A DNA stretch of 64,000 nucleotides from Marsupella aquatica. Taxonomy: Eukaryota > Plantae > Marchantiophyta. The notes under the pieces are model-generated. The model was not told the DNA's origin. It did not search any database and saw only the letters and a program-made list of their open reading frames with translations. Location of the stretch: NCBI GenBank assembly GCA_973895155.1, contig OZ316891.1:13361037-13425036 (forward strand), read 5' to 3'. The translations under genes were made by a program, and so were the position numbers. Below, one piece after another: positions 27,731-42,460 of this stretch (position 1 is its first letter; every line of letters starts with the position of its first letter).

Positions 27731-28412
27731 GTGCCCTCACCAAACCCAATACTCTTGTCTAAGTACCCTTGGTGCCTGAATGCCTCCACAGAAGTCCAAG
27801 AGTGAGCAACTTGGTGCCTCTATTTTTGCTAGTGGCAACTCCCATACAAAGTCGCTCTTGCTTCTTAGCACGATCATCTTTTAACCGCCTCTATTGTCTG
27901 CACAAGCAACCAACCCAATAATTGGTAAGTAACCCACCTTGATCTCAAAACCCAAGACCACTCTCTTGCCTCAAGCTCAATAGTCGTTAGTAATTACGTC
28001 AGCGGATAGACCCTCCCAGACCCGCAAAGCCTTGCCACAAGCTCAAGCTAAGGCCAACCCCCACTATTTGTCCAAAACAACCTCTCTATTGGGTGCCGCC
28101 CAAGCTTTTCCATTTTCTATCCGTCACCAGCTAATTGTCATGCCCTCCTAACCATGGCCATGGCCCAAATAGCTAGCTTGTCTCAAATGTCAAGAGTACT
28201 TTGTCTCTGACCCGAGCAACTAACTCCACGGCTCTAATTCAATTGAGAGTCCAAGGGCAAGATACACTTGGACCTCAACACCCGTGGCTACTCTATGTTT
28301 CCTCCCCAACATAAGTTTCTATGGGAAACTGAACGCGGCTTGGCTACAGTTTCAGAAGGATCGACCAACAGGCAAGGTAGCCCTTGCAACCTGTGAGAAC
28401 CAAAGGCATCCC

Positions 28413-30297
28413 CATACCCAACTAATATCAGAAGGATGTACTGCTCCTTGAGATATTTCCAACAGACCGCAAGAAGTCCTCCAATGTACTTCTTGTTGAA
28501 GAGATATTGTCATTTTCGTTTGCATTCCCCCTTAGTAGCGAGACCGCCATGTTTCATGACTTGGGCTCGCCCCTGACCCTTTGGGCAATACCATTCCCCT
28601 CATATATGCTTCTGGAGACTTGCTACCCCCAAACCAACTTTGGTCCTCTATTTTTGGTCCTCTACCTGGACTTGAACTAGATCAATTAGACAAGAAGCTA
28701 ACTTGCTTGGGCCATAATTTTCTAGTTAGACGTCTGTAGGTGAAACTGTGCCTTAACTTCTTGTGATTGGGACAACGTGGTGCTCATGCTTGGACCCTCT
28801 GAACTCTGGACACCAGAGTTTGTTCAGGCTTTGGAGCGGTCTACCCCGATCCCGGCCCTTCCCATGACCCGACCAGCTCTCAACGCCAGTCTAAGTCCCT
28901 TGTGTACGTCACTAGCTCAATATATCATTTGCTAATACAATGCTTCCTTGCCCACAAGTCTCCCCATACGTAGTCCCCATTGGATGGCCATCTTGGGGGC
29001 CTGGACCATAGAGGAGTTTGATGTTGAGTCAACAACGCTGTAGCTAAATGGCAGGGTAGTTGAATTCTGCAACTCTACCAAGGTGCTTGTAAAGTGGTCC
29101 AAACCCCAAAGTTGGTCCTTACTTAAAAAATCATCAAAAATTGAAAGTGATCAAAATAAAAATATATTTTATCTTCTTGTAGCATTGAAGATAACCTTTC
29201 CAAAACACCAAACAACTTTGCAAACATAGACTTGGGTCGAGAGTTATTAGCCCCTAACAGCAAAGGGGTCAAAACATCATTTTAGACCCCCTCAGAGAAT
29301 ATTTCCAATAAAAAATTCTACCAACCTCCATTTTTCTACCTCCCCTGTGAACACCCCTGCCAAAAATCTTGGAAAATAAAACCCTTTTGCCCTGCCATTT
29401 CACTAACTTTGTGCCAAAAATCAACATCCTAGAAAATTGGAATAATACAGAATGAAAATACAAGGGGTGTTTGGTCCTGCGTAGGGGGCATAACTCCTTG
29501 TGAGGCATGCCACAAATAGAATTACCCTTGTTTAGTTGTGGAACTCGACTACCCTAACACTTAGCACCGACATTGTTACTCTGATGCAGAGCTCCTTTAT
29601 GGTCCAAGCCTCTAGAATGGCCATCTGATCGGGCCTAAATATGGGAGGCTAGTGAGCAAAGAGTCCTTACATTAGCAAGGGCAAGGTGCTAAGCTAGAGA
29701 CACACACTAAAGACTTAGACTAGCTTGGAGTTGGTCGTGTCATGAGAATTTGAGTTCTGAGGGGTTGAGTGAGAGCTCCTCTTGGGCCCAAGGCTTAAGA
29801 AGTTTACCTCATGCCTCGCCTGATGCGTAATGGATGTTCAATGCATGAGATACGACACGGCGTAGGTGTGGCCGTCCAGGACCCCTAATTAACAATAGGT
29901 TTTGAGGGCCTAGACATGAGCACTAGGTTGGCCCAATCACAACAGGCTAAGGCATTTCATTTGTGGATGTCTAGCTAGAAAGTTATGGGCATAACAAGTT
30001 AGTTGCGTGTCCATGCGTGTGGGTTTGAGTCCAGGTTGAGGGCCAAATATAAGGGACCAAAGCCGGTCTAGGGGTGACAGGTCTCTAGAAGCATATATGA
30101 GGGGCACGGTGTCTCCCTTGGGGCCAAGGGTGAGCCCAAGTTGTGAGTCGCGGCAATCACGAGACTAAGAGGAAATGTCAAACAAAAATAGTGATAACTT
30201 CTCAACCAAAAGTCCATTGAAGTACTTCGTGGATGCGTTGGAAAGCTCTTGAGGAGTACTACATACTCTCAAGCATAGCAAGCTAGTTTAGGGTTTA
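28413..30297. mobile_element. Large foldback element: diverged inverted arms (~28413-29088 and ~29521-30297) around a ~430 bp spacer
   Basis: Colinear inverted matches such as cccctcatatatgcttctggagac / gtctctagaagcatatatgagggg, ttgtgattggg / cccaatcacaa, gatggccat...ggaccata / tatggtcc...atggccatc and gggtagttgaattc / gaactcgactaccc. Confidence 0.75.
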
Positions 30298-33094
30298 ACA
30301 ACTCCTCTCTAACTCAGATCTTCAACTAACAACCTAGTACCTTTTTTCTAACCATCTAAGTTAATATTCTCCTTGGGAAGTTCGAGAAAGCACAACCAAT
30401 AAGTTTCCCTATTCTCTAGAGCTAACTATATCTAAGCTTGGATCTAAGCCATGCATAATTGCAAACCAATTACCAATCCTACTACCAACCTAGTACCAGC
30501 CCTTGTTATCCATATGTATCTCCTTGGGAAATTCTAGACAATATACTGATACTTCCCACTTCCATGAGGGTTAACTAGAGTTCAACCATCGTTGATACAA
30601 GAAAACCATGTGATGAGCAATTGAGCCCCTCCAATTCCCTTGTCCTTGACCTCTGCCGCACGCCTTCTACACCTTGCCTCTCTAACCATGCTTGTCCACG
30701 CCTGCCTCCCTGGTGCATCCTCTCCCTAATGTTGGGGAGGCCGGAGGTCGGGGAGGGAGGGGGGTACAAGAGGGCAAGGGAGGAAGGGGAAAAAAAGACT
30801 CAATGGGGGAGGGGACATAAACAAAAACCCATGCAAACATGTTTGGACCCTAAACTCCTTTGGCTGCTATTGCTCATTGATAATCATCTCTTGCTCCTCC
30901 CTGCTCATGCATACATTCTTTCCAATGTCACTTCTGCGACAATGCATCGACCAAGATGACAAGAACTGTGGTGCAACAACCACCGCACCAAAATGATGAG
31001 ACAATTTTGCAATGATAAGTTTGATTGCACAATAGACATAATCAGAACAACAACACTTCTTTGCCTCGACTTACATTACCATGTTTTGCATAGGCATTGG
31101 GCTTGATATTGGGCATTGAACAACAATAACATGTCTGCAACAACAATTGCAACAACAATCTAACAAAGAAGGCATTGGGCTAGTCTTCTAGAGTACCTCT
31201 AGGCGCTATACCAAGAAGAATCACATTTTTAAGGGCTTTCCAGCACACTTAGTATTACTTAATTACTCAGGTTGCACATTTAAGTTTATTTAGAAATCAC
31301 AAATTTTTTTGGTTTTCCGCACTTGAAATGGAATATCACTTACTCAGTTTTTTGCATATCTAAGTAATTATTATAAATCATAATTTAAGTGTTTCCATTG
31401 TATGCCCAGAGAGGCATGACTTTGTGGTAACTCACTTGAGTAGAGACTGATAGATCTTGGGTTCAACTATTGCGGGTTCAACTATTGCGGGCTAACTCTT
31501 CCCAACTATGTGGCTGACTCTTCCCTTTTTGTGAGGTTTCACAGATTTCCCTTTAAAAAATATATATAAATGTTTCCATTGTACTTGAGTAGTCTTGGAG
31601 CACATCAAGTTAAAATATTTCAAGTCATCCCATGTTCAAAGTGAACAAACATGTGGGATTTATCAAAGTTCTTCAGCAGTGAATCATACGAATCTCATTG
31701 TTCCTTGAACCAGTCAACTCTAGTTTTTAGTCAGTTGCGTGTGGTGCCATTTGAAGCTACTTAAAGAGAGCTTTCTAAGGAGTTCAATATTGAAGAATTT
31801 TGTACATTGGTAAGGGAGTTACCGAGTATTGCAAGTTTTAAAATCAACTATTTTTGTACAACTTGAATATGCAACAATTTTTGTGATGGATGTATGGAAG
31901 TTCTTTCTCATCTCTTGATAACATTTGTCATGCCTGACCCCATTCCAATGAGCTTGAAAGGAGCTTTCCAGTTAGCTCAATATAGCCAATTTTCATCTAA
32001 AGATAAGAGACTTGTCAAATTTTCAACATCTCCTTCTTATCATATGTTAGAATGTCTCTTGCAGCCATTGAGGAACAACAAGATTCTTCCTCTTTATTGT
32101 CAAGTTCAATTTCTAAACATTTCCTTGTTATCACATGTGGGAAAGTCTCTCACAGACATTGAGGAAAGAAAGCTTCTGGCTCTCTATTGTCAAGTGACTA
32201 AGGATAACTTGCAACACAGACAAAGCATATTCAACCGCTTGCCCTCAAAAGTCAATTGAAACTGGAAAAGAATTTAAGCTGCCCTAATAACTTCCCTGGT
32301 TAAACTTATGGTCTACATGCAATCAGGATTAACACAAAACTGGGCATAACAATAGAGTACAAAGGATGCATAGTGATATTCACATTAGACAGAATTATCC
32401 AAGAATATTTTAATGATCACCCACTCTTCTTATTATCCTTTCTGAACTATGGATAACTTCCGAGGGTAGCTGAGTTCCGTGACTTTTGCATGGGCTTGTG
32501 ATAAATCAGACCTAGATTGAAGCGTGTAAAATCTTGTCCATGGACTCCTACTATATCAAACCTAGAAGAAATATTCAATCACATCCACCTTTATCTCTTT
32601 GAGAGGTAATAGTTCACAGCAGGTCTCAGACAATATGAGGGACAAACCAACAAACTCACCTAAATTGACAACATAAGAAAAAGATTGGCACTAAGCTACC
32701 AATCCCCTAATCAACCAAATTGAAGAGAACTAGGAGATGCTTATTGATTCAGTCAAACCTCTTCAGCAAAAAATGGTGCGCCACGGCTATTTTCCCGGAT
32801 ACATCCCTTTTTCTCTCTCCTCCAAATGGTAAACCCAATTTGGGTCCCTTGACAAGCCCTTCTATAACTAACCATTTCAAAACTGGTCCACGTAGAACTT
32901 CCATTACCACCTACTTCTGAGGCAACAACTAAACAAACCTTTTTAATTACACTGGCTCAGTGTTGATTGACTTGAGTTTATATTTCACTGGCTGCCAAAT
33001 ACCTGACCCAGAAACCCAGAAGCAGTCACCCACAAACTCAAATCACATGCTCTTCACTTAATTCAGGCTCCCAAATCAGTTCAGCCTGAAGTCT

Positions 33095-36000
33095 TCATCT
33101 GCGACCACCTCCACGACCACGTGAAGGCACCACTTCCTCCTCATCTGACCCAGCATCTCCATACTGCCAGATGTAAAGTCTCCCTTTGCGAGCAATTTCT
33201 TCATGTTCACGAAGACTGTCCAGAATAGTCTTCTTCTCCGGTGTGTCCCATTTTCCTTTTTTCTCTACCCTCGCAAGTCCTCTCTGAATAACAAGAGTTA
33301 AAACATACCAAGTTCAGTAAAACCACAATTATGTTTGGCTGCTAGAATCCTACCGTTTGTTTGAGTCACCTGAATATCAAACACCCAGGAATTTGAAAGA
33401 TACAAATGTGAATGATCAGCATTTGAGATGGGAACGGTTATTGTGATGGTTTACCTCCACCATTCGAGCGTTTATACTCGACTTGTTCTCTTGATCGATA
33501 AGGGTGACAATCAGACGAGGTCCAGTTCCCTGACCCTTCACCTTGCCACCGCTGGTGTCTTTGTCCTCCACACGACACACCAAGGTCTTCCCACCAATCA
33601 GCTCACTTAAGCACATTGCTCCTTCTTGACCATTATCGTCCTCAAGCTCTGGTACTTTCACATGAGCAAGACTGTACAATTGTGCCAATCCTGGTGCAGA
33701 TGACACGGACACATCTGAAGGTCGCAGCCTTGACAGTGGTGTATAATCTTGATTCCCGTAATCAATGTAGAAAATTTCATACTCTGCTTTTCCGGATGTT
33801 GGCTGCTTTGGAGTGTTGACAACCTGTTTCAAACCATGAACTATCAGACGGTACAGAGACTAGCAAGGAAATAGTGTAACCTATGAGAAGTAAATGGCCT
33901 TTTGACCAAATTGTCACTGCAGTATTAAGTTTCTATCAACCAGATCAGTCCACCTACCATTGCACGGCACCAAGTGTTGTCCGCAGCATATTGCGCTATC
34001 ACAAGGTCACCCTTTTTGGGTGAAAAAGTTCCCGGTGGAAGAGGCTTGTCCTTCAATTTGAAAGCTTCCAGCTGCTGAAGAATAGCAGCTGTTCTGGCAT
34101 CAGCCACTGCTTGGGCATAAAACCTCCCACCTCCCAAAACTTCAGTTACACAGATCTGCAACCGAAGCCGACAAGTTAATGGCTCTTGAAGAATTCAAAA
34201 TACAAATTTTCGAAAGTAACAAAATCTTAGCAGAGCACCAAAGAAATCTGGATCAAGATGTTCTTCAAAGCCTGGTGAGGGCATGTGCTATGATAAGGTC
34301 TCCCAAAACTTGCAGTAGTATAAACTTTAAAATTCGTCCAGGGACTTGGTCAATCCCTCCACCCACCCAACCCTGACTTCTTTTCAAAAACGTTATCAAA
34401 GTTATCAATCATCAGAAATGCCATTTGTCGGTGCTAGCAACAAAGCATTGTGGCTATCAGAAAAACTTTGGAGCAACTAACGAAAAGAGGCATTTTACCT
34501 CCGCGACTTCTTGCTTCAACTTGGAATCATCTACTGCTGCCTCGGTGTTTTCTTCCCCCTGGCCTTCAACATATCCTTCCCAAACCTGTAAAAAATTTCG
34601 TCAAATTTTCAAGCTCGCACAGAAATACTATATTGAGAGTTGCTCAAATGCTCTGTGGAAATCGTCAATCCAACCATAAGACGAAACTTATAAATACGGA
34701 GCAAAACTAGATCATTGGATTTGGACATATGGGAGTAAAACAACATTTTCTGCAAGAAATCAATACTATTCATACGGAGCTGTAAAATAAAACCCACCTT
34801 CAGTTGCTGTTTCTTTGCTTTCTGTTCAGATTGCACCAACAGATGACCTTCAGTAGTCCTATCAGCACTGAACATCGGATGAAGTTTAGCCAGCCCGGCC
34901 TCCAGAAGTGCAACAGAAACATTTGCCTTTGCCTCCCACAACGTACCCAAGAACGTCCCAGTTTTATCGACGGTCTCCACTTCGATCTGGAAACGAAATG
35001 ACATTGCTTGATTACATCCCTTTCTAAAAAAGAAAATGAACAGCGTAGGAATAGCTCGGCATACAGAAACAATTTTACATCAATACAGTTCCAGCAACAT
35101 ACAGAAGCACCTTGCCAAACAGCATGCCCTGTAGAACAGCATCAAAAAGTGTATGAGGCAGGAATTCATAAATTATATTCTGAACATAAAAGTTACCTCA
35201 ACATCGCGTTGCATAATTTTCTGGCGCATAAATGTGATAGCCTCTTCAGAATACTTTTCACCACGGCCTGGACACCTTACTCCAGACAAGGAAAATGCAA
35301 TAGCACAAGTTTCCTTCGGTATCACTAATTTAAACCTGTGGCCACTAAGAACATAGTCGACAATTGCTGGTAGTCTTCTTGACTTCTGCAGGAAAGGCAG
35401 GAAATTTCTAGCCTTTGACGATGTGCCCTGCAAACATCGACTTAACAATTAGTACACCATCGGTAGAAGCAATGCCATCTAAAACTTCCACATTAAATGC
35501 TCAATGTCTTGTACTGTCCGAAATTTCCAGAATATGGGTTCGAAAATTCTACGAAAAACGTGAGTCTGGCCGTCAAAGAAGTGTCCTAGACAAGCGGAAC
35601 TCAGGTGGAAGATTCTCACCTGTATGGAAAGATCATTAATGTGAACAGCAGGGGTCGCCTTTCCCGAGTGCAGTCCCTTCTTCCCTTTTTGAGCACGAGA
35701 TTCTGCAGACAAAAGGGAGTCATAGAAGTTCGATCGCTCTTCAAACTCCCTGTGTCTCACCACTGTTGCCAGCCCCCTCACGACCAACATTTCAGCCACG
35801 TTTATTCCCTGTGGCTGGTCACCAGACCCAGAGGTTAAAGAAGCCTCCAGCAATTCGCTCTTGGAAGCCGAGGCCAGAAATACGGATCCGAAATCCATCA
35901 ATCGCGCATCCACAACAGGTGCGGCCGGAACCGGAAGTGTCCCATCTGTTGGAGCGATTTTACGTGAATACTCCATTGTAACATTTACCTGAGAAAAAAA

Positions 36001-39000
36001 AACGTGTCACAATCGCCCAATTTGACAAACAACTACATTTGCTGGCAGCTTTAGCAGGTAACGTTCTCATTGCTAGTATTGTGAAGTGGACTTCAACTGC
36101 TTCATAAACGGTATTTCTTCAACCCTACGTCTAAAATGGTATCTTTTCATCGTCTTGTGAAGACGAGACAAAGAAAGTCATTCCTCCTCCGCATTGTATC
36201 TGGGTCCCTTACATACCTTTTGACCTATCAACCTAGACCTCAAAAATTCCTTGGCTTCACGAGCATATGGAGCCGGCTTTTCGTCCCTTCGAGGATTTCC
36301 TATCCTTGGTGCTCGAATGCTAGAAAGATTCACCCGGCGCTCAGCTTCAGGGGTTCCAAAAGGAGCGGCATCATCAGCAACCACAACGCAGTCACCACTC
36401 ACAACCTCTACAACCTGTCACCAACAAAACACAATCACGATCAGAGTCTCCCACATCCAACTGTCCAGACATCTGTGTTCAGAACACCCAAAGTCTTCCA
36501 ATTTTATAGAAATAGAAAATGTGAACATACAATGAGATGAAACAGTTCTTTGTGTACCTTTCCGCTAAAATTCACGTCTCGGATTGCAGTTGAATTGGAA
36601 ACTGGAGGAACGTAGTTGGTCCACATTCGGATTCGGTCTTTTTTGGCCTGAAGCTCGGCAGCTTTCAAGGTTCTCCTGGGCACTTCATCCATCATGTTCG
36701 CACTCCAATCAACCACTCGGGCAAGTCCCTGCAAGGTCACAAGACATAACAGTTAGATTAGACAGGCCCAAACAGAACCATAACTAGATTAGCGCAAGCA
36801 AAATACTCTTTGATCTTGTAACGATGGACAACTCACCTGTTTGACAAGTTCCAAAGCAAGATCTGTTGAGGAATCTCCACTTGCATAGTGCACTGAGCCT
36901 ATCAGATTGCTATACTTGTCAACTCCTTCTAAGACAATTCTCACCTGCAACACAGACACACAATGCAAAATTTCAGCTTTTCAAGAATCCAAAGGACTTC
37001 GGCTAAAATTTCAGTTCTGCAATGACAAAAGCGGCATATGCTTACTGTTGAACTTACGTCTCTGTTCAGAACGCGAACTTCCGTGAAGTGTTTGGCCTCA
37101 CGTGCAAAGGGCTCTGGGGGAATCTCTGCACTGGCAGCAGCTGCGCTTGAAGCAGCCAACTTCTGCGCAGTTGTTAACGGGGCAGGAGCGGATCCTACAC
37201 CTGACTCCTCTTCTGCAACCTTGCTCTCTCCATTTGACGATTTCTTTGCTACATCAGATACGGGCAGAGTATCCGCAGCTGGAGGACGCCTTCCCATGGA
37301 CGGAGCCTGAGACGCATGAAACAAATCCAGCGGCACAGTATGGTATATGAAACTAAGTCAGATTGGGGAAGCATGAATGTAAAAAATGGAATGGAAACCA
37401 TAAAATGAAGCAGCACAAGTATGGCGAGTACAATGGCGTAACAACCGGAGAAATCAAGAAAACGGAACTCGCGGTATGTAGAAGAGGGACCCGTACCTGA
37501 ATTCCAGCCACATACACCTGGACGTACTGAAAATCAGGAAGCAAATAAACCCGCAGGGCACTGGCGTCTCTCGCTTGCTCAACGACTGCTTCCAGGGGTT
37601 TTCCCTTGTTAGCTTCCAGGAAACCTACGGCATCGAAGTTCGACTGATCCCCAATTGCAGAAGGAGGAAGGTCCCTGATTGCTGCCTCTCCTGCACCTGG
37701 TGTCTGAGAGCAAAAGGAAAATGGCATTAAATTTTAAGGGTCTTTAACCAGCTTTCGAATACTTACTACACAAATCATACCAACGGCTCTTTAAGTTTCT
37801 TTAAGTTCCTTTCAAGTAAGTACTTCTGGGAACTTCCAGATCTGGAGTAAACAGAATTGCGTAAACTTATTGAATTATCCGTCAAAGTTCAAACCTTGTT
37901 CCAAATACCAAGTCCATCTTCCTGAGCCTTAGCTTCTCGCTGCTCCAATTCTTGCATGTAAGTAGCACTCACTTCATTTGATTGCCCTCCTTGCGGCCTC
38001 ACCTGCACAGAAGACCAAAGACACATGGTTTATGACATCCACTCCCAACGTGTCTGGCGAACCCAGTACCCAGTCACAGTGCAGACTTATCATATTCCAA
38101 AAGACGCCACTTCAGAAAAATCCTCTAAACGAGAATCACCTTTGCCCATCCATCCTTGACAACATCGTAAGCCACATTTTGGCCATCCAAAAGCACGGTA
38201 CCGAACTCCCTATTGATGGACGCTACGACGTAGTCCACTTTGAATGTCACCTCCTGCAAGTTAAGGCAAAGAAAAGTTAGCAAAGTCTTAATGCAGATTT
38301 ATATTAACACAAAAGAATGTCCTTTGTCATAGAAAAGTCTTCAAAGGTGTTCAGTACTTGAACCAAGTCACAGGAATCTGGCAACACAGTACAGTACCTT
38401 CCCAATGCATTTCTTTCGAAGGGCCTCGCGACTCTCCCAAGCAAATGGTTCGTCCTTGGTATCCTTACGAGCCTACATTCGAGAAAAACAAAGAGTGAAC
38501 CACTTGTAATATCTTAAAATAATTAAAAACCTCCTCGCTCAAGAAATTGGCATCGCAAATGAACCGCACTAGAACATGCAATGATCATAGGCGGGGCGGT
38601 ACCAAAATTTCCGAACACATAGAGAATACAGGTAAACTAATTGGCCATGCAGCGGAGTACACCCCCCGCGCCCCTCCCCCCCCAAAAAAAAGAACACACC
38701 CGGAAAGTAAATGCTGGCTCCCTTCCATAAGCCCAAAGCATTTCAAATCCTGCATCTTCCCGGAAGGCAAAAACGATACCTGAATTGACGCCGACGATAT
38801 GGGAAAACTAGGAGCACTATAGTCGGAGACATGGACTACCGGCTCGAATAAATTGTAGTGGGCGACACAGAAATGAGGAGTAGGATAACACCTTGCCCAG
38901 GCACTAAATATAGGAAAAGATGCTCAGGTGGACCACAGCTTCACTAGGAAAGCGAGACGATTCCATCAGCTCACACTCACGGTAGAAGATTGGGGCGCTA

Positions 39001-40000
39001 CTGGATCTACGATAAAAGCTCAGCCATAGGTCGGCAAACCGCTAAGTGTCTGTATCAAATCCGTGTCCGCTTTTGTAAGATTGAGCCGAAACTCTTCAAG
39101 GACAGCTTCTCATAGCTTTTTCCGCAGTTCGCAAAACCACGATTCTAATGGTGAAGGGGCTTTGAACAAAGCAAACGCTGAACCTGCTGTACATCGAAAC
39201 AGAGCAGCCTCTATCTGTGGATTCTGCCGACTGAGAAAGGGAGATCCAAGATGAACTTTGATAGGACCAACGTCCAACAACTAACAAATCTTCAGATAAA
39301 GAACGAGATTCAATGTACTGTTCACGAAGCATACTGTTGACGAAGCAACACGACCTACCGCTCCGCAGTCCAAAACCCACCACGCATTCCGATCCCAATC
39401 AAAATACAGCAGCCGAGCCGGTGCACCATTAAAAGAGCATCAATCTGCTAAGTAAAAATACTCGTGCGTCTCTAAGCAGAACAGAAGTAGGAGCGCTCCA
39501 AGGGTTTTCAAAACAGCCCACAAACCGATCCAAAAATACTGTGGCTTTACTTCAATACAGCAATCCACAGCCGTGGTACTTACAGCAACCCTAAATTGAT
39601 CTATCTAGAATGGCGGTCGACGACACCTTTCACCGACAAACAGAGAGAGAAGCTGGGGTTGCTCTAAGTATTAAGCAACCATCTGTCCTGTCCTGTCCAG
39701 TAAATTAGTAATCCTGAGAAGAAGCGAGTCGGTAAGCTCGAGAGATTTATTGCCTTCATCACACTGCAGTCAACACCGGGGAAGAGATATCCCTGACAAC
39801 CAATGTAAACCGTCACAGTTCCATTTCAACCTCTGAGAACTTAAAACCAAACACAAGCTTACCAATTTAGGAGCGATAATCGCCGCTAAAGTAATCGTCT
39901 TCTCCGGAGGTGGACCATTCTTACTTAGACTGCCCATAATCAACAATGAATCCCCAGAAGGAACAGCCTTCACCGTCCCCTTCAGCCATGTAGTCGCCAT
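33095..40000 (-). CDS. TSN: Tudor staphylococcal nuclease (Tudor-SN / SND1), 16 exons, 999 aa
   Basis: Exons 39863-40000, 38398-38472, 38140-38253, 37895-38002, 37497-37703, 37058-37306, 36837-36944, 36558-36728, 36217-36414, 35620-35988, 35197-35427, 34798-34986, 34499-34585, 33958-34155, 33455-33823, 33095-33283 total 3000 nt. Motifs WLKGTVKAVPSGD, DEPFAWESRE, EPFAREAKHFTE, Tudor FYIDYGN and C-terminal IWQYGD. Confidence 0.96.
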
Positions 40001-41185
40001 ACTGTACTTTCTCCTCCGTCCCTGAACAAGCTGCTTTACTCAGGAAAGAAATGAAACCAAATAGACTACTTCCGCTAGATCAGGCACTGCGCTGAGCCGA
40101 CCAGCCTTTAATCAATCCAAACTCCACAAAATCTCCCTCCGTCGAGACGAATCTTCGGTCAGGAATTGCCGATCTCCTCGCCGTACTCCGTCGTGTCGCC
40201 GTGGACCATGATAAAAATTAAGGCCTCAACCCCGCCGAAGATGTCTTCTTCCTAATGCCACTGCTCCGTCCCTTCCACAAGCATCGCAATCCCGCACCTA
40301 CTGACCTACGAAGTCTCACTCGAACAGTCAACGTGATCCCCCAAACTAGACAAAGCAGGCTGGATTAGATCACAACACACGATCAACCATCACCGCACGG
40401 AAACATGAAGAACACGATCACGCAAGAGCCTTCCTAAATGAACTCCACATTAATTACTCAGCATTCGCTCTAGTTCGTACGCTGCAAAACTCGTGCCTCG
40501 TTCAGTCGGTCCGTCCCCCGTCGGTCACTCAAATGCAGTACTGTAGAGTTGACAGATAGTAATCCATAACGAACCTTTCGAAGCTCCTTCACCAACTATG
40601 CTTGATCGACAACAGACAGACGGCAGCCTAGCTGCGCACCAAGCCTGTCACTCGACAATCTATTCCACACTCTTCGCTACCAGGCACCCAAATCCGAAAA
40701 CAACCCCGTGAACGAATTCTTTGAGCAGAAGTGCGAACGCAAAGATGGAACTACAAGCAGGCTGCTGCCTTCTTCTTTCCCGTTTGCAGGAAGAGGACTT
40801 TAGAGAGCAGAGGTTTTAGACAGAAAGAGAGAGAGACATCGAAGACAAAGATCCTTTTAAAATGGATTCAACGAAGATGGCGGAGGCAGACGGGGGATAA
40901 CACCCCCGAGGCCGAGCGGTCGGGTTCCATAGAAGAGGGGGGCCTTGCCACGCACCCCGTCGCAGGCACTTCAGTGGGACGACTCTCAGTCATCGGTTCA
41001 CGCTGGGAGTGAATACCGGTCATTCAAGACTCCCATTACTGACGCAGCTCCGTCGATCCTTAATCTGACGGCCCATATTAGGAGAACAGATTCACCTGTA
41101 GCTCGCCGTGACAGTAAGTATGGAGCCGGAGGACCGGAAATCCATTTCGCGGCGGCTGTACGGCGAAGCTGCTGAATGCTAAAAT

Positions 41186-41203
41186 CACGTGCTACCACGT
41201 GTC
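41186..41203. promoter_or_regulatory. Tandem G-boxes / ABRE upstream of Tudor-SN
   Basis: CACGTG at 41186-41191 and 41196-41201; the second extends to ACGTGTC. Confidence 0.35.
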
Positions 41204-42039
41204 ATCAGTCAACCCGGCTGAGTCGTAAGTGACGGCAGTGCAGTGATCACCGAGTTTCGACGGTGCAGATAACGTTTCACTCACCCCTCGATCTACTCTG
41301 TGACCTATTCATGACTTTACCCTCCCCTCAAAGGTCATGTAGGGCTGACTCCCGTTCTCTGTCGCCTCTTCTGTGTTTCTCTGAGTCATAAGCTTGGATA
41401 GTATCTCCATCCAAACCTTTCAATTGGGATGAGATTGTAAAACACTTTTCCGAGTTTAGGGGTACAGTAGATCCCACAGAGTTTCTCTGAGTCATAAGCT
41501 TGGGTAGGATCTCCATTCAAACCTTGGATTCCAGTTTAAATAGGTATCCTTTCGGGCAAAAGGTTAGGATGAAGATCCAAGTTTATTACTAGTGTTCCCC
41601 TTGTTAACAAATGTTTCTGGAGGTAAAAATTTAAAAAAGGTTGGAACAGGTATGACCTTTACTTGTTTTTTTGTAAACACGGATCTCCATCCCAGACTTT
41701 GCTACAACAGGAATCTTTAGTCCGACACACCCATGCTACCAGAATTAATGAACTCAAAAGCTTCAATGCAAACAACGAGCGCTGCAATATCTTATGGGTA
41801 TCCTACCATTTCTGTAAGGGAAAATTTAATTTTCTGCCAAGTTGTATAGTGAGTACCAGCTTAGGGTATGGGATTTAAGAAAATGGAAGGTGGAAAAACT
41901 TGATAATGAGAGACACAAATTAAAGGGATTGGAAATTAACTGGAATGGAGCCCTTCAATTGTGCCATGACATTAGCTTAACAGAATAGTACCTTGGCCTT
42001 GGGCCCAACCCAATTTACACGATACCAATCTTTACTTTC

Positions 42040-42460
42040 CTGTCCCCAAACTAGTCAAACTTACTAACCCTAAGTTGCCCGCCATTAACCAGAGTAGATG
42101 AACCCAGATGGCATGACATTGTTCTAGGAACACATGGAAGCTTAAAAATCTGTCCAGACTAACTCCCTGTGGCTGTAAACATGGGGAAGTGAGGGGGGCC
42201 AAAATGTGATAGTTGTAGACAGCAGCCAACACCCACATTCTGCTGATTGTCGGATGGTGGAACCCCTGGACAAGGGTGTAGGTATGGTGGGACACACTTA
42301 GCCCGAGAAAATCACAAGCTCCATGTGTCCACAAACCAATATTGTGCCATCTCTGGTTAGTATAGTCAAGCTACATCAACCCGGACACAAAATGGAGGCA
42401 ACTTGATAATTAAATTAGTTTGAGGGGCAAGTTAGTAATTTGGGCCAGGTTTGGGGGAAT
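42040..42460. mobile_element. MITE-like non-autonomous DNA element with degenerate terminal inverted repeats
   Basis: Left ccccaaactagtcaaacttactaac...aagttgccc versus right gggcaagttagtaatttgggccaggtttggggg; inner agatggca / tgccatct. TSD not confirmed. Confidence 0.5.

Noticed and set aside
31200-32300. Possible TE remnant with gagctttc motifs and a 121-aa ORF
   Set aside because: No termini or domain could be identified.
38473-39862. snoRNA or nested gene in the long first Tudor-SN intron
   Set aside because: No convincing C/D or H/ACA box arrangement, and the short ORFs lack recognisable motifs.
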